A stretch of DNA of 41,012 bases from Methanomassiliicoccales archaeon (lineage in GTDB: Archaea; Thermoplasmatota; Thermoplasmata; Methanomassiliicoccales; JAUVWO01): the NCBI GenBank assembly GCA_030604065.1, contig JAUVWO010000002.1:1-41012 (forward strand), read 5' to 3'. The notes under the pieces are model-generated. The model had not been told where the DNA came from, searched no databases, and saw only the letters and a list, made by a program, of their open reading frames with translations. Of the stretch, positions 1 through 8,378 are shown piece by piece. Positions within the stretch are counted from its first letter, which is position 1, and every line of letters starts with the position of its first letter. A program made the translations under genes and the position numbers.

Positions 1-568
1 CGTCTCGGATTATGATAGTGAGAGGAATGAAGGAATACACGCAGACCTCGCCCATGTCATGGATCTCATAGAACTCCTGGATCTCGCTGATGACCTCCTC
101 CACTGTTTCGGACTCGACGTTCTTAGCTATGGCCACGCCGATCTCAGCCCCGATGTCCCTGAGCACTGGATCTATGTTGAAACCGATGGACTCCACGCCA
201 CAGATCATCGAACGGATCATACCTTTCAGGAACCTGGCTGGCTCGCCCACGGAATCGAGGGCTATCTGGCCCACTGCATACTTCATTTCATCCTTTGGGG
301 CCATGGTACTACCCACCGGCCGGGAGACTAGATAGAATATCTTCCTACGGTTGTCCTTAGGATCATCCCTAGAGTCCACTAGCCCTTCCTTGACCCTTTT
401 GTCCAAGTGCACGGACAGAGTGGACTGAGCCTTCGAGGTCAGGTTGGCTATCTCCGTAAGACTTAGGTCCTTACGCTGGAGTTCAACGAGGATCTTTTGT
501 CGAACCGGGTTCGATATCTGCTTCAAACCAGTGCTCGTTGAATATACGTCGAAGGCTGACTTCTTCAT
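1..568 (-). CDS. ArsR-type winged-helix transcriptional regulator with a V4R-like C-terminal domain. Partial: the 3' end runs off the window. Not in the ORF track.
   Basis: Reverse-complement reading from ATG (complement of 566-568) is open for 189 codons to the window edge: MKKSAFDVYSTSTGLKQISNPVRQKILVELQRKDLSLTEIANLTSKAQSTLSVHLDKRVKEGLVDSRDDPKDNRRKIFYLV... This is the classic ArsR/SmtB HTH pattern (NPVR.KIL..L....L...EIA......QST.S.HL..L...GLV). The C-terminal part (..EFYEIHDMGEVCVYSFIPLTIIIRD) resembles V4R sensor domains. The plus-strand ORFs at 59..335 are its antisense shadows. Confidence 0.7.
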   Translation of the reverse strand, partial: MKKSAFDVYSTSTGLKQISNPVRQKILVELQRKDLSLTEIANLTSKAQSTLSVHLDKRVKEGLVDSRDDPKDNRRKIFYLVSRPVGSTMAPKDEMKYAVGQIALDSVGEPARFLKGMIRSMICGVESIGFNIDPVLRDIGAEIGVAIAKNVESETVEEVISEIQEFYEIHDMGEVCVYSFIPLTIIIRD

Positions 569-594
569 ATAATCCTGACGGAAATGCAAGCTGC

Positions 595-701
595 GATATA
601 TAAATTGTTTCCATACTTTACGAACTATCTTTTCCAGATGTCGCGATCAAGGCAGTTCTGGCACCATGATATCGATCAGAATGCTTGGATTGTTTTAATA
701 T
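595..701. promoter_or_regulatory. Divergent promoter spacer with two TATA-like boxes
   Basis: gatatataaatt (595-606) lies about 30 nt upstream of the minus-strand ATG at 568. ttttaatat (693-701) lies about 30 nt upstream of the TTG start at 731. Both spacings suggest leaderless or near-leaderless mRNAs. Motif call only. Confidence 0.4.
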
Positions 702-730
702 GCTGGCGACCATGAACCTCTGGTGATTCA

Positions 731-1732
731 TTGAAGGTCCTTACCGACGACGGCAACATCGACATCGAGGCGGTGTGGTTCGAGGACGGCATGGTGCATA
801 TGGTAGATCAACGTCTATTGCCCCACAACCTTGAAGTTTTGGAGATGGACGACCATCTCCAGGTCGCGGATGCGATCAGAGAAATGGCGGTCCGGGGAGC
901 CCCGGCAATCGGGGCCACAGCCGCATACGGCATGGCGCTGGCATCATTGAACGGCGCCAACTTGGATGAAGCAGCAATGGATCTCAAGAGCACCAGACCC
1001 ACGGCCTTTGACCTTTTCCACGCTGTGGATTGGATGATAGAGGCGCTGTTGAAAGGTGAGGATGCAGTGAGGTCGTCACGGAGTTATGCTTCCATGATCG
1101 TGGAAAAGTGTCGGGCCATCGGTCGCTATGGTGCCCCTCTCATCAAGAACGGTTCAAAGGTCATGACACACTGCAACGCCGGAGCGTTGGCGACAGTGGA
1201 CGTGGGCACAGCACTGGCGCCGATGCGGGAAGCGCATGACCAAGGGAAGGAGTTCTTCGTGTTCGTTTCCGAGACCCGGCCGCGGATGCAGGGCATGATG
1301 CTCACCGCATGGGAGCTGAGTAATGAAGGCATCGATTGCGCAATAATCTCAGACGGCGCTTCTGGCCACTTCATACGTGAAAGCGTGGACCTGATCATTG
1401 TAGGCGCTGACCGAATCGCAGCCAATGGCGATTTCGCCAATAAGATAGGCACATTCGAAAAGGCGGTCCTTGCCGATCGATTCAGCGTGCCGTTCTACGT
1501 GGCTGCTCCCGTGTCCACCTACGACCCTTCGTTGTCCCAGGGAGATGATATCATTATCGAGCAACGTGATGGGGAAGAAGTGACCCACATCATGGGCAAC
1601 CGTATTGCCCCCATCGGCATCAAAGCCCTTAACCCATCCTTCGACGTGACACCGGCAGAGCTGGTTGATGGATTCATTACCGAGTTGGGCGTGCTCAAGC
1701 CTGATGAACTGCACCGACTGGGAGGAGTGTGA
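731..1732 (+). CDS. mtnA: Methylthioribose-1-phosphate (5-deoxyribose-1-phosphate) isomerase, eIF-2B-related aIF-2BI/MtnA family
   Basis: 333-aa ORF with a TTG start. N-terminal AVWFEDGMVHMVDQRLLP and AVRGAPAIGATAAYGMALA motifs, plus GADRIAANGDFANKIGT, are typical of MtnA rather than the e2b2 ribose-1,5-bisphosphate isomerase type. Confidence 0.88.
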   Translation: MKVLTDDGNIDIEAVWFEDGMVHMVDQRLLPHNLEVLEMDDHLQVADAIREMAVRGAPAIGATAAYGMALASLNGANLDEAAMDLKSTRPTAFDLFHAVDWMIEALLKGEDAVRSSRSYASMIVEKCRAIGRYGAPLIKNGSKVMTHCNAGALATVDVGTALAPMREAHDQGKEFFVFVSETRPRMQGMMLTAWELSNEGIDCAIISDGASGHFIRESVDLIIVGADRIAANGDFANKIGTFEKAVLADRFSVPFYVAAPVSTYDPSLSQGDDIIIEQRDGEEVTHIMGNRIAPIGIKALNPSFDVTPAELVDGFITELGVLKPDELHRLGGV

Positions 1733-2335
1733 ATGGATAAGACGGCCCGTGAGAAGCTGACCACATGGTCAGAGCGCCTCTATCACAGACGGTTGACCTT
1801 CTCAGCCGGGGGGAACGTCAGCCTGCGACTGAAGGATGGGAGCGTGCTAATCACCCCCTCTGGACGGTGCAAGGGTACCCTGAGACCGGAGGACCTGGTA
1901 AAGGTGAGCGTGGACGGCGATGTCATTGGCAATGGGCATCCATCAATAGAGACGGACATGCATCTGGCACTGTACCAAGCTCGGGATGATATCGGATCGG
2001 TCGTGCACTGCCATCCGCTGTACTGTACCGCACTAGCTGTGATGAGGGAGCCATTGCGGCCACGACTCACCCCCGAGGGAGTGCTGCTCCTAGGCGATGT
2101 TCCCATGGTGCCATACTACCCTCCTGGGTCGATCGAGCTGGTGGGCGCGGTGGCGAGCCATTGCGGCCACAACGCCATGATCATGGAGCGTCATGGCGCC
2201 CTGACTGTGGGAAGAGATCTGGAGCAGGCATACAATCGTATGGAGGAGATGGAGTTCCAGGCCAGGCTGCAGCTGATCGTCGGCGACCGGGGGCAGGACC
2301 TGGATGAGACGGAGGTCGCGCGAATTCTCGGATAG
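1733..2335 (+). CDS. Class II aldolase/adducin-domain protein. Fuculose-1-P aldolase-like; candidate 5-(methylthio)/5-deoxy-ribulose-1-P aldolase or MtnB-like dehydratase.
   Basis: 200 aa with GGNVSLR, ITPSG, SIETDMH, VVHCHP and ERHGALTVG, the Zn-ligand and catalytic pattern of class II aldolases. Its ATG directly abuts the mtnA stop (gtgTGAATGgat). Confidence 0.85.
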   Translation: MDKTAREKLTTWSERLYHRRLTFSAGGNVSLRLKDGSVLITPSGRCKGTLRPEDLVKVSVDGDVIGNGHPSIETDMHLALYQARDDIGSVVHCHPLYCTALAVMREPLRPRLTPEGVLLLGDVPMVPYYPPGSIELVGAVASHCGHNAMIMERHGALTVGRDLEQAYNRMEEMEFQARLQLIVGDRGQDLDETEVARILG

Positions 2336-2372
2336 GCAAAGGTCATTAACCCTGAAGGAGTTCTTACCGGCG

Positions 2373-3425
2373 ATGATACTGGTGACCAAGTGGTTCGGCG
2401 TATTTCTATGCAAAGCCGACCGTGTCGTTCGCAAAACGCTCTTTCCCAAAGACCCCATGGAGATGGCCCAACGGCTGGCCGCCATCCAGAGAGGAGAGGT
2501 TCTGCCCGAGGAGAGAGCAATGGCACAGGAGAAAGTGGATGTGGCCGAGCCACGGCTGTCACCGATAGGCAAGCCGGTGGTGTTCGACTCCTCGTTCATA
2601 AGACCTGAGAACCTTGGCTACGACCAGACCCTGATGCACCAGGTCATGATGGAACTTGGAAAGATACGGACCAGAGAGCCAGTACGCCAAGATCGGATCG
2701 TCATCCAGGCGATCAGGGCCCTGGACAGCGTCATCGAGATTATCAACCTGATGAGTGAGCGCCTCCATGAATGGTACGGTCTGCACTTCCCCGAGCTGGC
2801 CGACTATGCACGGGATGAGCGGTACTCAATCTTGATCGCCGAGCATGGCGCACGGGAAGGAATCATCCCCGAGATCGGGGTGAAACTAGAGTCGGTCGGG
2901 GCGGAACTCACCCCAGCCGACATGGAAGCGGTCAGGGCGCTGGCGGCATCTTTGGTGGATCTCCACCAACAGCGGACCGACCTAGAGAATTATGTCCGGG
3001 AGAGAGCCTCCGAATGCGCCCCCAATCTATCATGCCTGATATCGGAGATGCTTGCCGCCAGGCTCATCTCCCTCGCAGGGGGGTTGGATCGTCTGGCAAA
3101 ACTACCGTCGTCCACGGTCCAGCTCCTGGGTGCGGAAAAGGCCATGTTCCGACATCTGAAAGGACATAAGGACCCGCCCAAGCACGGGATCATCTACCAA
3201 TATCCAGACGTTCACCGATCGCCCTACTGGCAACGGGGTAAGGTGTCAAGAGCATTGGCGGCCAAGATCAGCATCGCCGCCCGATTGGATCAATTCGGAG
3301 GGGAATTCATGGGCGAGGAACTCAAGACGGATCTTGAACGGAAGCTGACCGATATTCGTCAACGGTATCCCAACCCCCCCAAGAAGAGGGCCAGTAAGAG
3401 CAGGGGCAAGTCACGGAGGAGGTAG
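2373..3425 (+). CDS. nop5: C/D box sRNP core protein Nop5 (Nop56/58)
   Basis: NOSIC/Nop motifs [12 protein letters not shown] and [47 protein letters not shown], with a basic tail [14 protein letters not shown]. The track ORF starts at 2304 and overlaps the previous gene. ATG 2373 ([11 protein letters not shown]...) matches Nop5 N-termini, removes the overlap and follows ggag at 2357-2360. Confidence 0.9.
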   Translation: MILVTKWFGVFLCKADRVVRKTLFPKDPMEMAQRLAAIQRGEVLPEERAMAQEKVDVAEPRLSPIGKPVVFDSSFIRPENLGYDQTLMHQVMMELGKIRTREPVRQDRIVIQAIRALDSVIEIINLMSERLHEWYGLHFPELADYARDERYSILIAEHGAREGIIPEIGVKLESVGAELTPADMEAVRALAASLVDLHQQRTDLENYVRERASECAPNLSCLISEMLAARLISLAGGLDRLAKLPSSTVQLLGAEKAMFRHLKGHKDPPKHGIIYQYPDVHRSPYWQRGKVSRALAAKISIAARLDQFGGEFMGEELKTDLERKLTDIRQRYPNPPKKRASKSRGKSRRR

Positions 3426-3435
3426 CCGGTCAGTA

Positions 3436-3446
3436 GATTATATATG
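3436..3446 (+). promoter_or_regulatory. TATA-like box upstream of aIF5A
   Basis: gattatatatg lies about 30 nt upstream of ATG 3475. This is consistent with an internal promoter giving a near-leaderless aIF5A-agmatinase transcript. It argues against ATG 3457 as the start. Confidence 0.4.
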
Positions 3447-3474
3447 CAATTGGCCGATGTACCTACCGATTGCA

Positions 3475-3861
3475 ATGTCATGGACTCAGGCTGAAGTTAG
3501 AGAACTAAAAGCAGGTCGCTACGTCGTTATTGATGAAGAGCCTTGCAAGATATCCTCCATCTCAACCTCCAAGCCCGGAAAGCACGGCGAGGCCAAGGCC
3601 CGCATCGAAGCTGTTGGCATCTTCGACGGGCAGAAGCGAAGCATCGTGCACCCAGTGAAGCACAAGGTCCAGATCCCCATGATCGACAAGCGCAAAGCGC
3701 AGATCCTCTCCATAATAGGTGTAGAGGTCCAGCTGATGGATATGGAGACCTACAATACCTTTATGCTGCCAATTCCGGAGGAGTATGCCGACGACCTCAC
3801 CGCTGGCGAGGAGATAATGTACCTAGTGGCCTTGGATCGCAGGAAGATAACCAAGGTGTGA
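3475..3861 (+). CDS. eif5a: Translation initiation/elongation factor 5A (aIF5A)
   Basis: Hypusine loop [23 protein letters not shown]. The overall length and N-terminus ([24 protein letters not shown]) match archaeal aIF5A. The track start at 3457 adds 6 residues. Confidence 0.92.
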   Translation: MSWTQAEVRELKAGRYVVIDEEPCKISSISTSKPGKHGEAKARIEAVGIFDGQKRSIVHPVKHKVQIPMIDKRKAQILSIIGVEVQLMDMETYNTFMLPIPEEYADDLTAGEEIMYLVALDRRKITKV

Positions 3862-3865
3862 TGCG

Positions 3866-4714
3866 ATGTCCTTGCCCGGGGTTTCGTTCGCCGATGCGAA
3901 CAGCTCCTACGAAGAAGCTGACTTCGTGATCTATGGCATACCCTTCGATCGCACCTGTTCATACCGTGCAGGCTGCAGGGAGGGGCCTAACGAAATCCGC
4001 AAGGCATCGTACAACTTCGAGGCTTACCTTTTCGAGCATGGCGTGGATCTGTCAGAACTTCGGATACACGACGCAGGTAACATGGATGAGTTAGGGCTCG
4101 CGGACGACATGGTAGCCGAGGGCGAATTCGTCCTTGGCGATGTAGTGACCCGGGGCAAGTTCCCCATCACCCTTGGCGGCGAACATTCCGTCTCCATACC
4201 CGCGGTACGATCCTTCGAAGACATCGGCGTCATCAGTATCGATGCGCACTTGGACTGGAGGGACAGCTATCTAGGGGTGAGGAATAGCCATGCATCAGCG
4301 GTGCGACGCTTCGCGGACCATGTGGATCGAGAGAACGTGCTCGTGTTCGGGGTGCGTAGCATATCCCGGGAGGAATACGAAGATTCGCCGCCGTCCTACA
4401 TAGATGCGTTCACCATCAAGAAAGAAGGTGTGGCAGAGACATTCAAGAGCGCGCTCAACATGATTCGAAAGGAGCGTGTATACCTCACTGTGGATATAGA
4501 CGGGATCGATCCAGCTTTCGCCCCGGCCACTGGAACGCCGGAACCGTTCGGGCTCTCCCCTTGCGATGTCAAGGAGTGCATAAACCTCCTGGGTCGACGC
4601 ATGGTCGGCTTCGACGTGGTCGAAGTGTCGCCGCCTTATGACAAAGGTAACACCGCTGCCCTGGCCGCTCGTCTGGTAAGGGAAGCGATCGCGGTGGCAT
4701 CCAAGTATCGGTAG
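3866..4714 (+). CDS. speB: Agmatinase (arginase/ureohydrolase fold)
   Basis: 282 aa with ureohydrolase metal-site motifs: LGGEHSVS, SIDAHLDWRD, LTVDIDGIDPAFAPATGTPEP and VVEVSPPYD. It starts 4 nt after the aIF5A stop. Confidence 0.9.
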   Translation: MSLPGVSFADANSSYEEADFVIYGIPFDRTCSYRAGCREGPNEIRKASYNFEAYLFEHGVDLSELRIHDAGNMDELGLADDMVAEGEFVLGDVVTRGKFPITLGGEHSVSIPAVRSFEDIGVISIDAHLDWRDSYLGVRNSHASAVRRFADHVDRENVLVFGVRSISREEYEDSPPSYIDAFTIKKEGVAETFKSALNMIRKERVYLTVDIDGIDPAFAPATGTPEPFGLSPCDVKECINLLGRRMVGFDVVEVSPPYDKGNTAALAARLVREAIAVASKYR

Positions 4715-4950
4715 ATCCTTCTACGCCCATCTCCGCATTCATTCTCATGCTGGTGTCATAGCTGAGCGACAGGGCGAGGATTCAAAGTCATACCAGCCTC
4801 CAAGCGCCCAAAGACGCAGGTGTTCAGGAACGCTGCCATCAGAGAAGCCCTACTGACCATCATCGAGGCACTGGTCAGCTCAGTGGTCCACGAACTCGCA
4901 CCCACGGCCTTGATCCGAGCATCGCTCGCATCCTTGACGTCCAGGGCCTA

Positions 4951-5028
4951 CTCGTTGCTGACCCGGGCGAGGATAGAGAATGTCAATATAGAGCAAGGTA
5001 ACGCTTTTTCAGACATCCTCGTTGCTGA
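4951..5028 (+). repeat. 11-nt direct repeat ctcgttgctga (4951-4961 and 5018-5028) inside a gap with no confident ORF
   Basis: Exact 11-mer seen twice, 67 nt apart, in the 4715-5259 gap. Confidence 0.8.
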
Positions 5029-5259
5029 GTCTCATTGAGATCGAGGACGAAACGCAGCTTGCCGTGATCGTCTTGGCCGCAGTCACCGATGAAACGGCAA
5101 TGGCCGCCATCGATGCCTTCGCCTTGATCGCCGGTATGAATACGTTGATAGGGGGAGGATTGGTTGTGCACTGCCTATTGAAAGATACGTCTATGCAGCG
5201 ACATAGTGTTCATCATCGTCGGTATGATCTTAATTCTTCAACTGCTGCTATGACGCGGG

Positions 5260-6609
5260 CTACAGTTGCGACAGCATATCCTCGGCCATACTCTGGAACC
5301 GTTCACCGTGCTCTCTAGCCGAGTTTACGTCCTGGGCCTCAGTGAATATGCGGAATATGGGTTCAGTGCCTGATGGTCGTATGAGCGTCCAACCGCCATC
5401 CCTGAACACCTTCACACCATCGGTGCGATCAACCCGGCCCCCCAATCTTTTGGCCATAGCATCCATCAGTGGTCCCTTTAACTCGTCAGGACAAACGATC
5501 TTGCGCTTGTCCACATGATACTCGGGCACCATATCCACCAATTTGGACAATGGTCCCTCGATGGCAACGACCTCCAGCATCTTGGCTGCGGTCATGCCCC
5601 CATCGCGACAGTACTGGTGCTCCGGGAATATCAGACCGCCGTTCTCCTCCCCTCCGAACACGGCGTCTTTCTCAATCATGCATCGAGCTACTATTGGAGA
5701 GCCCACACGGGTGTATTCGATCGACCCCCCTATGGCCTTTACAGCATCCTCGACACAAGAGGATGTGCTCACCGGGGTGACCACAAGACCCCCTCCATTC
5801 TGGCGGACCATATATCTTGACATGACCGCCAGGCTCTTGTCGCCATAAAGATATCTTCCGCTATCGTCCACGAATATGGTCCGATCTGCATCTCCATCAT
5901 GAGCGATGCCCATATCGGCACCCAACTCCCTTACCATCTTGACCAGATCGGCCAAGTGATCCTCGGTGGGCTCGCTGGGATGGCCAGGGAACTTGCCCTG
6001 AGGGTTGCCATTCAGGGTGATCGTCCTTACGCCTATCTTATCAAGCAGCGCAGGAGATGTCACGGACCCCGCCCCATTGGCACAGTCTAGGACCACGGTC
6101 ATGCCCGATGCCCTGATGGCCTCGGCATCGACGCCGGAGATGATGGCATCCACATACATGCGATCGGCCCCGGTGACCGTTTGCATGCTCCCGACCATGT
6201 CCCATGTGCACTCACCGAAGGATGCATCGAAGTGGATGGTCTCGATGGCTTCCTCCTTGATCCGGTGCAGCTCGGTCCCATCCCCGTCTACGCACTTGAT
6301 CCCGTTGAACTCTGGTGGGTTATGAGACGCAGTTATCATCACCCCGCCAACGGCATCCGTGCTCTTCACATAGAACTGCAAGGCAGGGGTGGGTAGCATG
6401 CCTAGATCAAGAACAGTGGCACCGGCGGACATCATACCCGCGGACACCGCACTCTTGATCATGTCCCCCGACGTCCGGGGATCGGTAGCGATGGCTATCT
6501 CGCCCCCCATGAACGTGCCGATGGCCTTACCCAACCGCATGGCCAGCTCTGGAGTCAGCCCCTGGTTGACCACCCCTCTGACACCATTGGTTCCGAATAG
6601 CCTGGTCAT
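5260..6609 (-). CDS. glmM: Phosphoglucosamine mutase / phosphomannomutase (alpha-D-phosphohexomutase family)
   Basis: 449 aa with the phosphoserine loop TASHNPPEFNGIK, metal loop AHDGDADR, sugar loop GGEENGG and phosphate loop IRPSGTEP. Exact substrate is not resolvable by eye. Confidence 0.88.
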   Translation of the reverse strand: MTRLFGTNGVRGVVNQGLTPELAMRLGKAIGTFMGGEIAIATDPRTSGDMIKSAVSAGMMSAGATVLDLGMLPTPALQFYVKSTDAVGGVMITASHNPPEFNGIKCVDGDGTELHRIKEEAIETIHFDASFGECTWDMVGSMQTVTGADRMYVDAIISGVDAEAIRASGMTVVLDCANGAGSVTSPALLDKIGVRTITLNGNPQGKFPGHPSEPTEDHLADLVKMVRELGADMGIAHDGDADRTIFVDDSGRYLYGDKSLAVMSRYMVRQNGGGLVVTPVSTSSCVEDAVKAIGGSIEYTRVGSPIVARCMIEKDAVFGGEENGGLIFPEHQYCRDGGMTAAKMLEVVAIEGPLSKLVDMVPEYHVDKRKIVCPDELKGPLMDAMAKRLGGRVDRTDGVKVFRDGGWTLIRPSGTEPIFRIFTEAQDVNSAREHGERFQSMAEDMLSQL

Positions 6610-6613
6610 CGAT

Positions 6614-7300
6614 TCACCTGGCCTGATGTATTTCCGCGGTCACGATGATGTGAAGCATGTCGGTGGTGTCCTTGGCGTAATCAGAGGCGTTCTCGATAGC
6701 GTGCAGCACCTCGCGCACGATGAATACCTCGCGGAAGCTGATGTCCTGCCCCATAAGGATGCGCTTGGTGTTGTAGAACAGCTCGTCCAGATCGCGCTCG
6801 CACTGCTCCACCATCATACGGCTGCTCAAGGCCCCCTCGGGACTCACGCCCAGCTTCTCCAGGGCTCGTCGCATATGTCGGCAGGACATGATCAACAGGG
6901 AGGTCATCCCCTTGATGGTCTCCCATATGCATGGCGGCACCTCTAGGTCCAGATCCATGAACAGCCGTATATTCATGCCAGCCTCCTTTGTGTGGTCAGC
7001 GATGTTATCCATCATCCTGACCAGGCGGAGAAGGTCCCCCCGCTCTCCAGCGCCTATGCCGCCCTTGCTCAGCTCCTCGTTGACCATTTCCTCAAAGTTG
7101 TCCGCCTCGCGCTCGCTTATCATAAGCCTCTCGATAGCCTCATTGGCCGCCTTCTGCTCACCCAGTGACATCCAATGCACTGATCGATCGAGCTCTGTCA
7201 CGGTGTCGATTATCTTCAGCGAGTGGGCTGTCAGCTGACCCATCACCTTCGACTCACGCCGGCTGCCGAACCATTCCAACAATAATTTCGAATCACTCAA
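6614..7300 (-). CDS. DUF47 / PhoU_div family protein (PhoU-like putative transport regulator)
   Basis: 228 aa with a two-fold helical repeat carrying SEREADNFEEMV...ERGDLLRLVRMMDNIADHTKEA and CERDLDELFY...REVLHAIENASDYAKDTTDML. This is the E-x-E-A-D / D-x-x-D pattern of DUF47. TTG start overlaps the upstream ATPase stop by 8 nt. Confidence 0.82.
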   Translation of the reverse strand: MSDSKLLLEWFGSRRESKVMGQLTAHSLKIIDTVTELDRSVHWMSLGEQKAANEAIERLMISEREADNFEEMVNEELSKGGIGAGERGDLLRLVRMMDNIADHTKEAGMNIRLFMDLDLEVPPCIWETIKGMTSLLIMSCRHMRRALEKLGVSPEGALSSRMMVEQCERDLDELFYNTKRILMGQDISFREVFIVREVLHAIENASDYAKDTTDMLHIIVTAEIHQAR

Positions 7301-8378
7301 GTCTGATCGCCTCCTCGATACCTCTGGAGGGCATCCTATACACCACCGTCCTCTTCTTGTTGAATACCAGCCTCAGCCTCTCCCCCACAGATGGAACAAT
7401 GCTGGAGGCGCTGATATCGAACGCCACCTCATCATCGCTATCCGTCAGGGTTTGGACCCTTTGATATGTTCCCATGAATGTAACACCAACGACCGTGGCC
7501 GCTAGACCCATTGACGCAGTGTAGACGTACTCTGGTCTGACAGAGATTACCACTGCGCCCCCTATATTAAATCCCTTTGCCATCGCCCTGACCTTGGTGC
7601 CATTCCTAAGGGCTACGGTCACCGTCTTTGTGTCGGTATCCACTACCCTGCCCTCCATCAGATTGGTCTCGCCGATGAAATTGGCGGTGAATATTCTTTT
7701 GGGATTTCGATACATCTCTTCGGGTGTGTCGACCTCCACCACGGTCCCGTCCCGCATCAGCACGATGCGATCCGATACCGACATCGCCTCCTCTTGATCA
7801 TGGGTTACATGCACCACCGTCAGGCCAAGGCGTTTTACAATGCGTCTGATCTCATAGCGCAGGTCGACTCGGACTCGGGAGTCTAGCGCTGACAGGGGCT
7901 CATCCAACAGAAGCAACTTGGATCCCGAAGCGAGCGCCCTAGCCAGGGCAACCTTCTGCTTGTCCCCCCCCGCCAGCTCGGACGGCCTCATCCCCTTGCG
8001 TTGCAGCATATTGACCAATCGGAGTGCCTCATCCCTACGCTCTTGGATGTCATCACCCGAAAAGTTACGTACACGGAGGCCGTAGGCCACGTTCTCACCC
8101 ACTGTCATGTGTGGGAACAAAGCGATGTTCTGGAATACGTAGCCGATGTCTCGTTCTTCTATCGGGACTCCATCGACGTCCTTGCCATCGATGAGCACCA
8201 GGCCCTCGGTGGGGGCCCATAGGCCTGAGATAAGCTTGATAGAAGTGGTCTTACCACACCCTGACGGTCCGAGTATGGTGATATACTCACCATCATCCAC
8301 CCTTAGATTGAGATCGTGCACGGCAACCACGTTACCGAATCTCATGGTCACATCACGTAGCTCCACGCTTGGCATCAT
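7293..8378 (-). CDS. ABC transporter ATP-binding protein with C-terminal TOBE-like domain and a non-canonical signature motif
   Basis: Walker A GPSGCGKTT, Q-loop YVFQNIALFPHMTV, signature LAGGDKQKVALARAL (not LSGGQ), Walker B LLLLDEPLSALD, H-loop VHVTHDQEEA. About 120 extra C-terminal residues. ATGA overlap with the upstream ATPase gene. Confidence 0.9.
   Translation of the reverse strand: MMPSVELRDVTMRFGNVVAVHDLNLRVDDGEYITILGPSGCGKTTSIKLISGLWAPTEGLVLIDGKDVDGVPIEERDIGYVFQNIALFPHMTVGENVAYGLRVRNFSGDDIQERRDEALRLVNMLQRKGMRPSELAGGDKQKVALARALASGSKLLLLDEPLSALDSRVRVDLRYEIRRIVKRLGLTVVHVTHDQEEAMSVSDRIVLMRDGTVVEVDTPEEMYRNPKRIFTANFIGETNLMEGRVVDTDTKTVTVALRNGTKVRAMAKGFNIGGAVVISVRPEYVYTASMGLAATVVGVTFMGTYQRVQTLTDSDDEVAFDISASSIVPSVGERLRLVFNKKRTVVYRMPSRGIEEAIRLE

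Noticed and set aside
59-335. Plus-strand ORFs 59..331 (90 aa) and 90..335 (81 aa)
   Set aside because: They lie antisense to a much better minus-strand reading (ArsR-type regulator, open from 568 to the window edge with clear HTH motifs). They have no recognisable protein features.
584-715. 43-codon ATG ORF inside the 569-730 spacer
   Set aside because: It is AT-rich with no codon bias, contains both TATA-like boxes of the divergent promoter, and its translation is unremarkable.
731-1732. Alternative call: ribose-1,5-bisphosphate isomerase of the AMP/RuBisCO pathway
   Set aside because: The N-terminal W-x-x-G-x-(4)-DQ-x-x-LP segment is characteristic of MtnA-type proteins, not the e2b2 type. 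The gene is fused to a class II aldolase, and no RuBisCO or AMP phosphorylase is in the window.
2090-2599. Minus-strand ORFs 2090..2599 and 2191..2562, which bridge the aldolase/nop5 junction
   Set aside because: They overlap two well-supported plus-strand genes and have Arg/Ser/Pro-rich composition typical of non-coding frames.
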